A stretch of 63,310 nucleotides of DNA, the filler included, from Porpidia crustulata (Eukaryota): assembly GCA_964255105.1 (NCBI GenBank). It is 12 parts of 12 records of this genome, joined end to end, with 100 filler letters (N's around TTAATTAATTAA, not from the genome) between each part and the next. Parts side by side here need not be neighbours in the genome. Positions count along the whole stretch, not along the records: positions 1 to 5,201 come from CAXUWE010001882.1; positions 5,302 to 10,501 come from CAXUWE010001883.1; positions 10,602 to 15,798 come from CAXUWE010001884.1; 9 more parts are not named here. The stretch is one strand, 5' to 3'. The notes under the pieces were generated by a model. The model ran no database searches and was not told where the DNA came from. It saw nothing but the letters and a program-made list of their open reading frames with translations. Shown here piece after piece: positions 1 through 12,660 of this stretch. Position 1 is the stretch's first letter. Each line of letters begins with the position of its first letter. The position numbers were made by a program, and so were the translations under genes.

Positions 1-413
1 GTTGATAGGTGGATGGGGTTTGGGACGGTGAGATTTCGAGGAAAAAAGGTCGTTTTCGGTTTATAGTTCTCTTGATATCGTGTTTAGAATTTCTCGCGAA
101 TTTGATGAAGTCGGAAATGATGGAGTTTTATTGTCGTTGTTTTGAGATTTGATGCTTATACAGGTTAAGACGGTCTTATTTGGCTGTGAAGTGCTAGTGT
201 AGCGTTGTAGTAATTAAGGTCAGTACATCGGACTTAGATACTTACTCCATGAGCGCAAAGCTAGAGGTGGCTTAGTAGCGTAGCTGAAAGCTTGGAATTT
301 TGGGCAGAATAAGTTTAGTAGGTGTTGCAACGGGTAGTTAATTCGAGCAAAAAACACGTGAAGTTCGCTGATGCTTCGAATTTGACATTTCCTGGACGTG
401 TTCCTCACTTATG

Positions 414-700
414 ACAACAATTTAGCAATGAGTTTCCGTTTTATTGGGCTTTGGGCGTGTCGATAGCGAGCTTTCATTTTACTCAGTCTGTACAAACTCT
501 CGGGCTCAGGATGGATTCGTCTCATATGGTAGAAAAGCTGAGGTTGGCGTTTTTCCTTTACAACATTAAAGCAACGAGCTTTTGTTTTGTCGGGCTTGGG
601 ACTTGTGTCGATAGCGACCTTTTGATTTGCTGAGACTCTTCAAGTCCTCGCGCTCAGGATAGGTTTGTGCTGTATGGTGGACAGGTTGAGGGTTGCGTGT
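414..700. repeat. Diverged tandem duplication, two copies of about 146 bp (414-559, 560-~700)
   Basis: Shared collinear blocks ACAACA..AGCAA.GAG, GTGTCGATAGCGA, GCTCAGGAT, TATGGT and TGAGG at an offset of about 146. Confidence 0.75.
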
Positions 701-1102
701 TCCAGAGTTGAATGGTCTAATACTCGCTGCTGATATCATGATCATTATGTTCTGTTCGTGTTCGAAGTCGGTTGATATTTAGGCAGGCTAAGCCCCTTTC
801 AACTTATATCTCGCGGGTTAACCTCCAGGGATGTAGATAAGACGAAAGCATTTGTGAGGTTCATAAGCGCGCTGCCATGTCCACGCCCGCTGTTGCCGAA
901 GAGCTTTATCAGACTGCGCTCAGCCTCGTCGAAACCTATCTCATCATTAACCATTACTATTCGACTTCTCAATACGTTTTATCACAGACGCACCAGCAGA
1001 CCTATTGCAACTGCAAGACACAAGTAGGAGAGATTGGATTCCAGGCTCGAAACCATCTTCTTATCCGTTCGATTATACGGACGGATATAGTTGCATACCA
1101 CA

Positions 1103-4100
1103 ATGGAATCGATTGCGGCTTTTGGTCTTGCCGCGGCGATATTGCAAGTCGTCGATTTCAGCTTCAAGGCACTTTCAAAGTGCCGAGAGCTGTATAAAGA
1201 CGGCTCCCTAGCTGAGCATGCGAGTACAAGGGCAGTAACGACAGATCTGGGTACGCATTTCGAAATCCAAGCTTGTAGACTCGTCTAGGTAGCCCGCTTA
1301 TACAATCTGTAATCGATACAACTGACCGACTCAGATTATCGGCGAGCCAAATTCCCGCACCGCTCCCGCCCGAATATCAAGATATAGTGGACGTATCGGG
1401 CCAATGCTCGAAAACGGCTGCGGAGCTTCTGGTAGAGCTTAGAAAGCTGCAGCTCGACTCAACCGGAAGTCTACGTCAGGCCATCAGCAAAAGTATCCGA
1501 GCTATGAGGAGAAAGACTTTCGTCAAGGAAATGCAGGACAAGCTCAATAAGTATCAGGGAATTCTTGATACGCGTATTTTGGTTCGCCTCCACGCGGGCT
1601 CAATTCAGCACACGAAAGAGTTTCAAAGCCTTGATCAAAATGTGCAAGCTCTCATTGTTGCCGTGGGCCAGGGTCAAAATGCAGTAGCAGCCCTGCTTGC
1701 CGATCATAGTCATAGTTTGCGTAGTCACATTGATCGTCGATTCGATGATCACGCGCAGCGAGATCTTGATCGCAGATCTCAGCAGCAGTTTAAAGACAGT
1801 CTATTCTTCCCGGGAATATTTTCTCGACAGGAGCAAATCCGTGAAGCACATTTGGAAACATGTTGCTGGATATTTTGTCCCCCCCGCAGCGAACAGCTGA
1901 ACAAGAGCAAAATACGCGCTTCGGAGGGGCATAATGACAGGAACAGAGAAGATAATGATAGACATCCAAGCGTGCCAGCAAATGACCAATCGCAATCCCA
2001 TCGCCAGGCTGGTGAAAGTAACAGTGACTTTGAAAGAAGAAGTGACATCGATTTCGATGCCGCGATTAGTGATGAGTCTAATCCTGATTATAGCGATGAG
2101 CATGGAGAAAGTCTACCGTGGTCAAACTTTATCGAATGGCTTGAGCATGGCCAAGGCGCTTATTGGTTAAAAGGCAAACCTGGATCGGGAAAGTCAACAC
2201 TTACGAAGTACCTCGTTAGCGAAGTTGAGACGAATGCATGAGCAAGAACGGCCATTAATAATTGGGCCAATGGTTCCATGCCTTTAATAGTATCCTTCTT
2301 CTGGAATCCAGGTGGAACTTTGCAAAAGAGCATCCAAGGTTTGCTACGGTCGTTACTATTTCAAATCCTCGATCAACAACCGGAAACTATCTCCATTATG
2401 ATGAGCCGAAAATTAAACTCAGAAGAAACCCGTTCTGATTCCTTCAGTTCTATGCAGATACACGTATGGACGGAAGAGCGACTTCTTTCCGTCCTAAAGC
2501 ACTTTCTCAACCACAAGCCATCATCTATCAGTATTCTCTTCTTCATCGACGGACTCGATGAGTATGTTGGTGATGAAGACAATCTCATCGAAACCCTCCG
2601 TCTGCTGATCAGCACGCCGCACGTTAAAGTCTGTGTGTCCAGTCGTCCGGAGCAAATCTTTCGTCGAGAGTTCTCGATGTCGTCTCAATTGAGGCTACAA
2701 GACCTTAATCGTAAAGATATCGAGAGGACGGTGAAAGAAAAATTGCTTCCAGTCTTGGAGCAATGTTTTCCCCAAGAAAAGTTTAAAATTGATAGAATGA
2801 TGGAAGTCGTGATCTCAAAAGCTCAGGGTATTTTTCTGTGGCTTGAGCTTTCCATCAAAGATCTCAGGAAAGGAGTATACAATGCTGATACCATGAGTGA
2901 GCTTTATGCTAGACTACAGTCGATACCTGACCCGATTGAGGGCCTGTATGAGAACATGCTTAGTCACACAGATAAGCAGTATATGCAAGAGGCTATTGAG
3001 TACTTTCAACGATTGATGTTAGATTCACATCGGCCTATAAGCTTGTTGGAATTCGCATGCGCGGAAGATGTGAGTTGGGCGCACGTTGCGAAGAATGATG
3101 GTGAATACCTAAGATCCTCGGAATTCTACGACACATGCCAAAACTATGAGACCCGAATCGTCACGCGCTGCGCTGGTTTAATTGAGATCGAAGAGCATAC
3201 ATCCCTTGCATTTCATGACTTTCTTTGCCAATATGGATTTATCGTGAATAAGTCCCGGCGCATCGTGGACATAAATCACGAAAATCAAAGCTCGTTCCGT
3301 CATTATCGCAAAGTGAGATTTATACATCGAACTGCTGTGGATTTCCTGGAAATTCATCGCCAAGAATTCTTTCAGCAGCCGAACTGGCGAGCACGTGCCA
3401 TTCTTTCACTTGCACGCGGTAATCTTGGGCTTATGAGCATGTTGCCATTTGCCAAGGCTGAAGGTCTTTTTGGTGACTGTTTAGTACGTAATAATGAACC
3501 GTTTAGAGTATCTATGGGATTTTTTATCGAAGACTTCATGGACGAACTTCATCAGCTAGACGAGATTATTTCTACCGAAGGTGTTGATGATTCTTTGACG
3601 AGTTCTCTTATCGAGATGGGTGGACCATACATATCGGATCATCGGACATGTCGATACGAGTTTTAACGGTATCGATCATCCTTGGCCTGCACGCTATACT
3701 CTGTCTGACTTGGTTGCTGAACATAACTGTTTTGTTCCGTTCCGTGATTCTTATGGCTTTGCCGCTTTCTTTTCATGTCGTAGCTACATCTCGCGACATT
3801 TGTCCATACATAAATGCACCAGTCAGGAGTTAGATTATTTACTAAAGTGCACTCTGATGAGACTAGGACGCCCACATAAGACGTCTCTACCAGCGCTATT
3901 CATGAGAAATCTCACGATCACTCAAGAATTGCTGCGTCAAGGCGCAGATCCAAATGTTTCTCTACGCTTAGGTGCTGGCTTGTCCAATTTCATGTATGAC
4001 AACTCGGCATGGGGCTGTTTCTTTCAATATGCGACATCGCATGTGCTTACAAGTCTGTGTGAAGCTTCCATTAAGCTGCAATCAATCTTCCTACTCTGGG

Positions 4101-4664
4101 AAGAATTGATAGAAAGGTTCTTGTCGGATGGTGCAGAAACTCATATAAGTATCTTTATTAGTTTGCGGAGTAGGAGATTATCAAATTTCTTTAAACATAG
4201 ACAAGTCTGTCTCGTACTCGAAGAATCACCTTTATCGTACATCCAGAGAAGGATTACTTGTCAAGTTGAATTTCTGGATGAGGCAGAAAAGGATCTCACA
4301 AGATCAGTTGACGTTATCAAAGACTTTGCTACGATCGCGTGGTGTTCCTCAGCGAAGACGTTTCCGTCTTATCGAACCCCCGTCGCAGAGAAAAGACTCG
4401 AGTAAGCAAGCATGGTATACACTGTCAGAAACTCAGTTAAATCGTTTGTGCGAGACTATATTATCGGATTCTCTTGACCCTTATTCTATCCGACACTATG
4501 AATTCTTTAAAGGTACGAATGCTTGGAGCAACGTCTTCGAAGAAATTCGCGCCAGTCTCACCGAAGCCGACGTGATCGACACTTCAAACTTCGTACTCAG
4601 AAGCTCCTTTGATCCGCCCAACGACCAAGACATCGTCGAAGAAACAAATCGCCCACAGATCTAA
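1103..4664 (+). pseudogene. Fungal NLR-like gene (SesA/HeLo-like N-terminus + NACHT NTPase), disrupted
   Basis: N-terminus MESIAAFGLAAAILQVVDFS; Walker A GKPGSGKST; FFWNPG; Walker B FFIDGLDE; CVSSRP; AQGIFLW. In-frame TGA at 2239-2241 (ORFs 1387 and 2278 share a frame); frame switches near 3617 and near 4300. Confidence 0.8.
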
Positions 4665-5201
4665 ACTCCGCTTCGCTCCCAGTATCTCTGCATACTGTCT
4701 ATCAGCTTCTCGATAAGTTTCACGAACCTGATCTGATCGACTAAGATGCGGAAGTGACGGAGCATTTGAATACACCTAAAGGTAGTTGGGGCATGATTGG
4801 CTGGATTAATGTTCGGAGGTCGTACTTGGATATTACGAGGCTATGGATATGATCAGATCCTTCAGGTTGAAGGGACCGAATCTCTTAGAATATATTCAGC
4901 TTACTACACATACGATAAACTCGATGGTTGTTCGCTTGTTTACGGTTTTGAACAACATCAAGACGACTATCCAAACCCCCGAAAAACCCCCTCCTCCCAA
5001 TCGACTTCCCAAAAGCCCGAACTCACCCTCCCCATCTCTCCAACCTACCACCCGCATCCCCCGCGAAAACCGCCAGCAGACCCTTAAATATCCCTCCATC
5101 AGAGTCCCTAGCCAAAACCCCCCGTCGGGCTCGCTTATATCCGTGAATTAGCAATAAAAGAAGATTTACTGTAATTGCTGCAGCTGGGGCAGGCATGAAC
5201 G

Positions 5202-5301
5202 NNNNNNNNNNNNNNNNNNNNNNNNNNNNNNNNNNNNNNNNNNNNTTAATTAATTAANNNNNNNNNNNNNNNNNNNNNNNNNNNNNNNNNNNNNNNNNNN
5301 N
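5202..5301. other. Artificial contig-joining spacer
   Basis: N44-TTAATTAATTAA-N44; the core has stops in all six frames. Confidence 0.98.
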
Positions 5302-6110
5302 AGATGGACTACGATGGGGGAGGTTGGTGTACACAGTCAAATTTACGGCATCTACCATATGGTGGAGAACAGGCCTTGGATAATATTCTTGGACGGCTGC
5401 TAATGCGGCTAGTGCTCGAAACAGGACTTGCACAAAGTTGGAACAGGATGGGCTGCGAATTTGGTTCGGGTTCACATGTCAGCATCCGACTCCATGGAAA
5501 GGCGACGTCATCGCGTGGTCCCAAGACTTCGAACGTTCTGACACCTAGATGTTGGATCCAATCCATGTACCTGAGATTCTTTTTGATGTCTAGCTAACAT
5601 ACAGTCTTCAAACCCTCAACCATTCTGGTACTATTCGAAAAATGTCCAGTATTGAAGCGTATTATTCTGTACTGATGATAATTCTACAAGTACGACTAGA
5701 TGACTCCATAAGGGCTCGGCAGACTTGATCCGAAAGCGCAATCTCCTCATCGGGCAATCGTCCTTCCTAAGTTACTCAATTTATCCCAAGCGCAAAACCT
5801 GGCAGATCCCCTGCCGCCGTCAGCCACCCCGCCACCATCCCCATGCAAGCCGACGCTCTAGAGGGAACTATTCGCGGGGCTGCCACACGATACGTCCAGC
5901 ATGGAAACTCCGTCATTGCGTAATTTGAAGTTCCAAGTCTCACGCCCAGCCCATTTTGCCATTTCCATGTTTCGCTTTATTGCTTCTCATCTCATTGTGT
6001 AAGCCGTCCCAGTAGTGATCTCTAACATTTGTTTGCCATTCCTGCCTTTACTCCCACGTAATTGCATCTCTTACGCTGTCTCTCGAGTCTAAACTCCACA
6101 TCGCAAGACC

Positions 6111-7030
6111 ATGTCTGAAGAACAATCCAAAGTCGATGAAAGTCAGGCTTCGGCTGGTGCCAATGCGTCGGGGTCTGCAGCTGCTTCTGGTTCAGGAGGA
6201 ATTGGCGGGCAAGCGTCTCAGAAATCCGAGCAGAAAACCAAGCGCACTCCTCCGAAGCTGAACAAAAAACAGCAGCAGCAGAAGCAAGACGCAGAAGCCA
6301 AAGGCAATGAGGGCGGGGAGGAAAAGGATGAACCCAAAGGCGACGCCAATGGAAAAGCTGGTGGCGAGGCGAAAGAAGAAGAACAAGCCCCGGCCGGCGC
6401 AGAAACAAATGGAGAAGCAAAGGGAAGATCCAATGGCGACGTCCAGCAAAAGCAGCCTCAATCACGCAATCAGTCCAAGCGCCGCCAAAGTCGTGGCCGA
6501 GGACGTAGCAAAGTACCCGATAGCGACACCGAGTCCATCGCGCGCTCAGACGTAAGCTCCACGCCGGCAGGGGGCCGGAGGAACCGTAATCGAAAGCGAG
6601 GCGGGCCAAAAACAAAGGAGGCTAATGGTGGTGGCGGCGGACGAGGTGGACCACTGGACTCGCTTGATGAAGTTGGAGAAACGGTCGATGGTGCCGGGCA
6701 AATGGTGCAGCAAACGGCGGGCGAAGCTACCAACAAGGCGGGTGAAGCTGTCAACGGCGCGACTGATCAGGTTGGGAAGACGGTCGGGGGTCTGACCGGT
6801 GGTGGTGGTAAGGAAGAAGAAGATGGGGGCAAAGGAGAGCAGCTGAGATTGAGATTGGAGATTAATCTTGATGTGGAGATTCAATTGAAAGCAAAGATAC
6901 ATGGGGATTTGACGATTGGACTATTGTATGTGCTATTATTTGAAACTCATCTTCCTCCCCGTGACTTTCTAATATCCCTGGATGAGTTCCAAGTTTCGCG
7001 TTTGGCTAACACTACCTCAATAGGAACTGA
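6111..7030 (+). CDS. Hydrophilic (LEA-like) protein with conserved C-terminal LRLRLEINLDVEIQLKAKIHGDLTIGLL motif
   Basis: ORF from ATG 6111; intron 6926-7023 (GTATGT..GCTAAC..TAG) gives the ending ..IGLLN* with TGA at 7028-7030. Confidence 0.75.
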
Positions 7031-7651
7031 AGAAATTGAACGACCAACTCTTATATATCATCAACGAGCGTGGAGGACTTGGATCGTATTTCGTATTTTG
7101 GATCGTGCGACAACGACGGAGCGGGATTTTGTGGAATTGGGTAGATCACAATGAGAGAAGATGGATCATCTCGTTGATCGACCCCGGCGGATTATCGGCT
7201 GTTTTTCCTGGTTGTGGTTTCAAGCATCTGCTACTTAGCGAATAAGCATGAATCTAATGGGATCATTGTTAGTTGAATAAATGTGAATCAGTGAAGTGCC
7301 ATGGCCGAATCGGACAGGTCTGGATAGCATTGATACCCATCCATTCTACTAAATCTATTCAAGGGATTCCCGTGTAGACAGATCATGGTATTCCCTCAAT
7401 CCCTTTGCTGCCCTGCGTTCTTGGCGATATCGTACCCAATCGCCGAGTTGTCGGGACAGGGACCCACGAACCTTTTAGCGATACCTCGCTAGAACATCAA
7501 CCCTGCAGCAGATCTCGAATGATCCCGCCAGTTAACTCCCGCCTATGACGCACGCCCCGAACGAGACCGTTAGCACTTCCTTTAGTGCACCTGATGGACT
7601 CACCTGAATCTTTTCGGTACAGCTTCATATCGCGGGGTCGCCTCCGAGTGT

Positions 7652-10501
7652 ATGATAGAACTCCAGGATCTTGCCGGAAAACCACAAAAACCAGGTGGCC
7701 TTTTGCAGGACGACCGCCAGTATAGGAGACACCAGAAAAGGGAGCGTAAGCTCCAGCGAATTCTCGCAGACGAAGCGATGAAGTTCTCGCACAGTATACA
7801 GTTTAACGCTGTGCCGGATTGGAGCAGCCATTACATATCATATAGTAACCTCAAGAAGCTGTAAGTCTGATCGGAAATCTAATTGAGCGCGGAGGTTTAT
7901 AAGGGAATGATGCGCTTGGTAAACGCCCCAATCATATCAAGTAAAGGCTGACTGTCCTTGTCCTTCCCATAGTATATACGTCCTCGAGAAATCTATCAAT
8001 CAGGCATCTGCCGGCCCACATGATGCTGAAGGGTCTCCACTACTCAGCGGGAATGACGATCCTGACACCGTCTTCCGGAACGCTCTTGACTCCGAGCTGG
8101 AGAAAATATCATCATTCTACCAAGTGAAAGAGCTTGAAATATATGGGGAAATAGATGCTGTTATAAGGGATGTACAGTCCTACGAGGCTGATACCGAAGG
8201 GCATGATGCCGAACCACATGAGCCACCCCCCGGAAGCCGCAAAGGAGTAAGAGGTCGTCAAGGCAGCATATTTAGAAATCTTGGGATTGGTAGACAAAGG
8301 CGTATCAGTAATGTTAGCGCGTCGATAAATGAGGTGGACGAAGATGCTTCTAGCGACGAAGATGCAGACGAGGTCTCTGCCTTGACCAATGGCAAGACTA
8401 AGGATAGAAATAAACCTTGGGACGGAGAACAGAGTATAGACGACCTTCGAAGCTCACGAGAGTTGCCAAAGCGAAGATTGAGCCAAGCGTATGATGACTA
8501 CAGTGATCACGCATTTTCCACCTTACTCGCTTCGGGTATGACACTGAAGAAGAGGATAATCAGTTTATATGTATCTTTGTGCGAATTAAAATCCTTCATC
8601 CAACTCAACAAAACAGGCTTTACCAAAGCTTTAAAGAAATACGACAAGACTAATAATCGGAATTTGAAGAGCCAGTACATTAAGAATCAGGTCAACAAAG
8701 CAGCCCCTTTTCAAGACTCAACGATGCAACGTCTGGATGAGAACATCGCGACTGCTGAGAAACTGTACGCTGATATTGGTACAAAAGGCGACATACAGAT
8801 GGCGAAGCGCGAATTGAGATTACATCTTCGGGAGCATGTTGTTTGGGAACGAAACACAGTCTGGCGAGAAATGATTGGCATTGAACGAAAAGCGCAGGCT
8901 GCAAATATGGGTGTCAGGCGGACCTTGCTCGGGGCAGACCACGATCCTTCAAAAGCACGGTTACAGGGAGATGAACCGGATGAAATGGGTACGAAAGAGC
9001 TAGTTACTCCGGTTGGCAGATTCACTTGCCCACGATGGCTGTTCAGCTCAACTTTCTTCACCTTGATAGCTATCATAGTTGTGTTCGTTGTATTGTTGGT
9101 AGCACCGATCATGGAGGAAAAGGCGCAGCAGAACTGCCTGGCAATGCTGGTGTTTGTGAGCTTGCTGTGGGCAACCGAAGTATGATCTTTCATCTCAAGT
9201 CGATTCACTTGCTAATTGCCTTGCAGGTAATACCACTTTTTGTCACCGCGCTTCTAGTACCATTCCTGGTGGTCGTTCTTGGAGTAATGCGGTCAGATCA
9301 GAAGCCACATCGTCGACTTGACGCCAAAGATGCTGCGGGTCATGTCTTTGCCGCCATGTGGACGCCAGTCATCGTGCTGCTCCTGGGAGGATTTACAATT
9401 GCGGCAGCATTATCGAAGTTTCACATTGCAAAGCTCATGGCTACCTTTGTCCTAAGTAAAGCCGGAACAAGACCAAGAACAGTTCTCGTGACAAACATGT
9501 TTGTCGCAATGGTCGCAAGCATGTGGATTAGTAACGTTGCAGCGCCAGTCCTATGTTTCTCCATCATCCAGGTATGACCTTGACTCCATCCAGGCCGTAC
9601 TCAATCTAATCGCCCAGCCCCTCCTTCGCAATCTGCCGTCCGACTCCTCCTTCTCCAAAGCCCTCATTCTCGGCATTGCCCTGGCCTCCAACATCGGCGG
9701 CGCCGCCTCTCCCATCGCCTCCCCCCAAAACATTATCGCCCTCCAAAACATGCGCCCACAACCAGGCTGGGGCACTTGGTTCTTCGTCGCCCTTCCGATC
9801 TGCATCATCTCCATCCTCCTGATCTGGATCTTGCTCCTGGTGACCTTCCGGCCCGGCCGAGGCACCACCATCGTGCCCATCCGTCCGATGAAGGACAAAT
9901 TCACCGGCGTCCAATGGTTCATCAGCAGCGTCACCGTGGTCACCATCATCCTCTGGTGCATCACCCACCAGCTCGAATCCGTCTTCGGCGACATGGGCGT
10001 CGTCGCCATCATCCCCATCGTCCTCTTCTTCGGCACCGGCATCCTCACCAAAGAAGACTTTAATAATTTCCTCTGGACCATCATCATCCTCGCCGCCGGC
10101 GGGTTGAGTCTCGGCAAAGCCGTCTCCAGCTCCGGGCTGCTGCACACCATCGCCGGCACCATCACCGCCAAGGTCGAGGGCATGAGTCTTTATGCCGTGC
10201 TCGTGGTGTTTTCGAGCTTGATCCTCGTGGTCGCGACCTTCATCAGCCATACCGTGGCCGCCTTGATCATCCTTCCGCTCGTGGCGCAAGTGGGCCAAGG
10301 CATGAGCGAGCCGCATCCGAACCTGCTCGTGTTCGGGGCCGCCATCATGTGCTCCGCCGGTAAGCCTCCTTCCTCACCAAACTATACCCACTTTGAAGCG
10401 CCAGCCATCTAATAACAACATCCAGGAATGGGCCTTCCCGTCTCCGGTTTCCCAAACATGAGTGCGTCCTTCCTTTCCCTTTCTTTTCCCCTCTTCCTTT
10501 C
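7652..10501 (+). CDS. PHO91: SPX-domain low-affinity phosphate transporter (Pho87/Pho90/Pho91 family), 3' truncated
   Basis: MKFSHSIQFNAVPDWSSHYISYSNLKKL SPX start at ATG 7778, with an in-frame upstream ATG at 7652; LNKTGFTKALKKYDK; EHVVWERNTVWREM; SLC13-type TM domain SMWISNVAAP, ASNIGG, SPQN, GLPVSGFPNM; several GT-AG introns. Confidence 0.92.
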
Positions 10502-10601
10502 NNNNNNNNNNNNNNNNNNNNNNNNNNNNNNNNNNNNNNNNNNNNTTAATTAATTAANNNNNNNNNNNNNNNNNNNNNNNNNNNNNNNNNNNNNNNNNNN
10601 N
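10502..10601. other. Artificial contig-joining spacer
   Basis: N44-TTAATTAATTAA-N44. Confidence 0.98.
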
Positions 10602-11016
10602 CCCCTATATTGTTCCCGCCCTCATCTCCTCCAACCCAAACGTTATCACCTACCATGTCCCCGCCTCGCGCACAACCCTTTTCATCCAACTCGGCGACCC
10701 AATCCCCATGTCCGGCATGGCCAGCACCCTCCTCCTCGCCATCGGCTATGCCGAATCCTACATCGATCGCAACGGCGACGGGGTGCTCTCCCGCGACCAC
10801 GACCCTTTCCAATTCGACACGGGCCTGGGAGTCGCACTGGCGGTCAGCAGTCTACAGGGACAACACCTAACGTACGGTATCTTAGGATCGACGTTGAAGG
10901 GCATCAGGAACTACCTGTATGCGAATCATCGGTTTGTAGGGGCGATGTTCATTGTTGCCGAGGGGGATATTGGGATGGTTGGATCTGGAGTTATTGAGGC
11001 TACCCAACACAGATAA
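10602..11016 (+). CDS. Hypothetical small protein, 5' truncated (YHVP...GDG.L....DPF...LTYGIL type)
   Basis: Frame open from the contig start: PYIVPALISSNPNVITYHVPASRTTLFIQLGDPIPMSG...GDGVLSRDHDPFQF...HLTYGILGSTLKGIRNYL; C-biased third codon positions. Confidence 0.65.
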
Positions 11017-11581
11017 CCACTTCTCCAATTTCCAGGTCTAAATTAGGGTGGATGTTATGAACGTTGGCTCCTTTGGATTGTATATGGCGTTCTTAACGTA
11101 CAAAACATATTTTACTACACATGCAGTCATCTCAGCACCTGGTGTTCGTCGATTGGCATCTTTTCCTACGGCCTATGCGCTGCTGCATGTGAATGATCAT
11201 AGCCAAAAGACCTATCTCCGAACGTCGACCTTAAATAGCTGAAATCCTGTCATCATCCGAACATCTGCTCTAGCTACTCTTTCCGGCTGCAGAGCTGTTC
11301 AACTTCATGGCAACCAGATACCGCACGCCCTCAAAGCCAATGGTGGAACCACTTCTGATCACCTAAGCACCTGGTCTCGAAGACTTGACGTAGAATTTCC
11401 ACTCAAATCTCGCTGCGAGATTCCCTTCCCATCTTTAGTATTATACAGCGGTTCAATTGTTATACATCTCCCCTCTCACCCCGACGCCCCCATTGACACC
11501 AGTTAGAGGGCATGACGCTAGAGTCGTGTAATGACAGAAATCTAAGATATTCACGAATAAGAGTGAAAACGCGCACCCACA

Positions 11582-12660
11582 TCAACTGGCTTTCCCACCA
11601 GCCTTCCCAAGCGAAGTCCTCCATTGTTGGTAAATTAGATCCATCTCCCGTTCACAGTTGCGATTCTGATCGAGCTCGCATCCGACGAGCCTCTGGATGA
11701 AGTCGCCGTCCTTGTACATGACGTCCTTGCCGCCTCGGCTTTCGATGTCAATGTTGTAGGAATTCAAAAGTCGTTGGGGTACGAGGGCGAGCTTGGTCAG
11801 GATGGTAGGGTGCCATTGCACGATGTGTTCCTGTTGTCCTGTGAGCTCTACGTTCGCTGTAAGATATGAGGTTGTAAGAATGCTGGCATACCAGAGCATG
11901 ACCATCTGCTTTTTGGAAGTTGTAACTTCGGTATAATGGGTCAAACCACGTGTCGAGGAAAAATCTCGCCCACTCTCCGCTTCTCAACACAAAGCTGCCC
12001 TGGCACAATCCCTCATTATCTTGTGTGAGCACGAAATCTATCTTGTCGCCCCTGAGGTGTGAAAACGTTTTGATGACGCTGTCGGGTGGGACCACAGGCT
12101 TATCCTTGAGCATTATCGATTCCATGCGCTTTGGGGCCATTATGTGTGAGTTGAGGGATAGGGAAGGATTCATGATGAGCGCATGAGGCGAGAGAATGAA
12201 GAAATATGTCGAGAACGGGTGAAGAGTCATGGCGTGGCGGACACCGGGAACAATAGCCCAGCTGCGAGGGGAGCTGTCGATATCGTAGTCGGTAGCGTTG
12301 GGGAAGAAGGTGCCATAGCCTGTGGATATGTCTGTTACTCATCTGCCATGCCGGCAGGCATCTAAGATACTGACCTTGTTTGGCAGCATAGTATTTCCTA
12401 TTTTCTATAATCCTATTCATGTACTCTTTGCTCATGCCATCGGGATCCAGCAGCGTTACAAGTATCGTCTCAGGCGTGCCAGGAGGAGCCCGCTCGGCAG
12501 ACTCAGCAAAAAGCCTCCTGGCAAGATATATGAGTACCAGGATGGCGCATGCTATTATAGCACCGACTTGAAGTTGTTTTCGACGTATAGGAGTGGACCG
12601 GTAGGTTCTGGTGTAAGGTGGAGGATGGGAGGTTTTGCGGGGGGGCAATGCAAAGTGCAT
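11582..12660 (-). CDS. MNN11: GT34 (GMA12/MNN10 family) alpha-1,6-mannosyltransferase subunit
   Basis: MHFALPPRK start; single TM; IENRKYYAAKQGY; LRSGEWARFFLDTWFDPLYRSYNFQKA; EHIVQWHPTIL; two introns. Confidence 0.85.

Noticed and set aside
2239..2241. In-frame TGA as selenocysteine or programmed readthrough
   Set aside because: The same gene also has frameshifts, and the position is not a catalytic Cys site, so pseudogenisation is the simpler explanation.
5246..5257. Regularly spaced TTAATTAATTAA palindrome (about every 5.3 kb) as a biological repeat
   Set aside because: It is always embedded in exactly 44+44 Ns and is a six-frame-stop assembly linker.
7031..7651. Pho4/NUC-1 CACGTG site upstream of the phosphate transporter
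   Set aside because: No CACGTG was seen in this interval.
9551..10316. Long antisense ORFs opposite PHO91 (and similar ones opposite ARG82, ARB1 and RAX1)
   Set aside because: They are shadow ORFs produced by GC-rich codon bias on the true coding strand.
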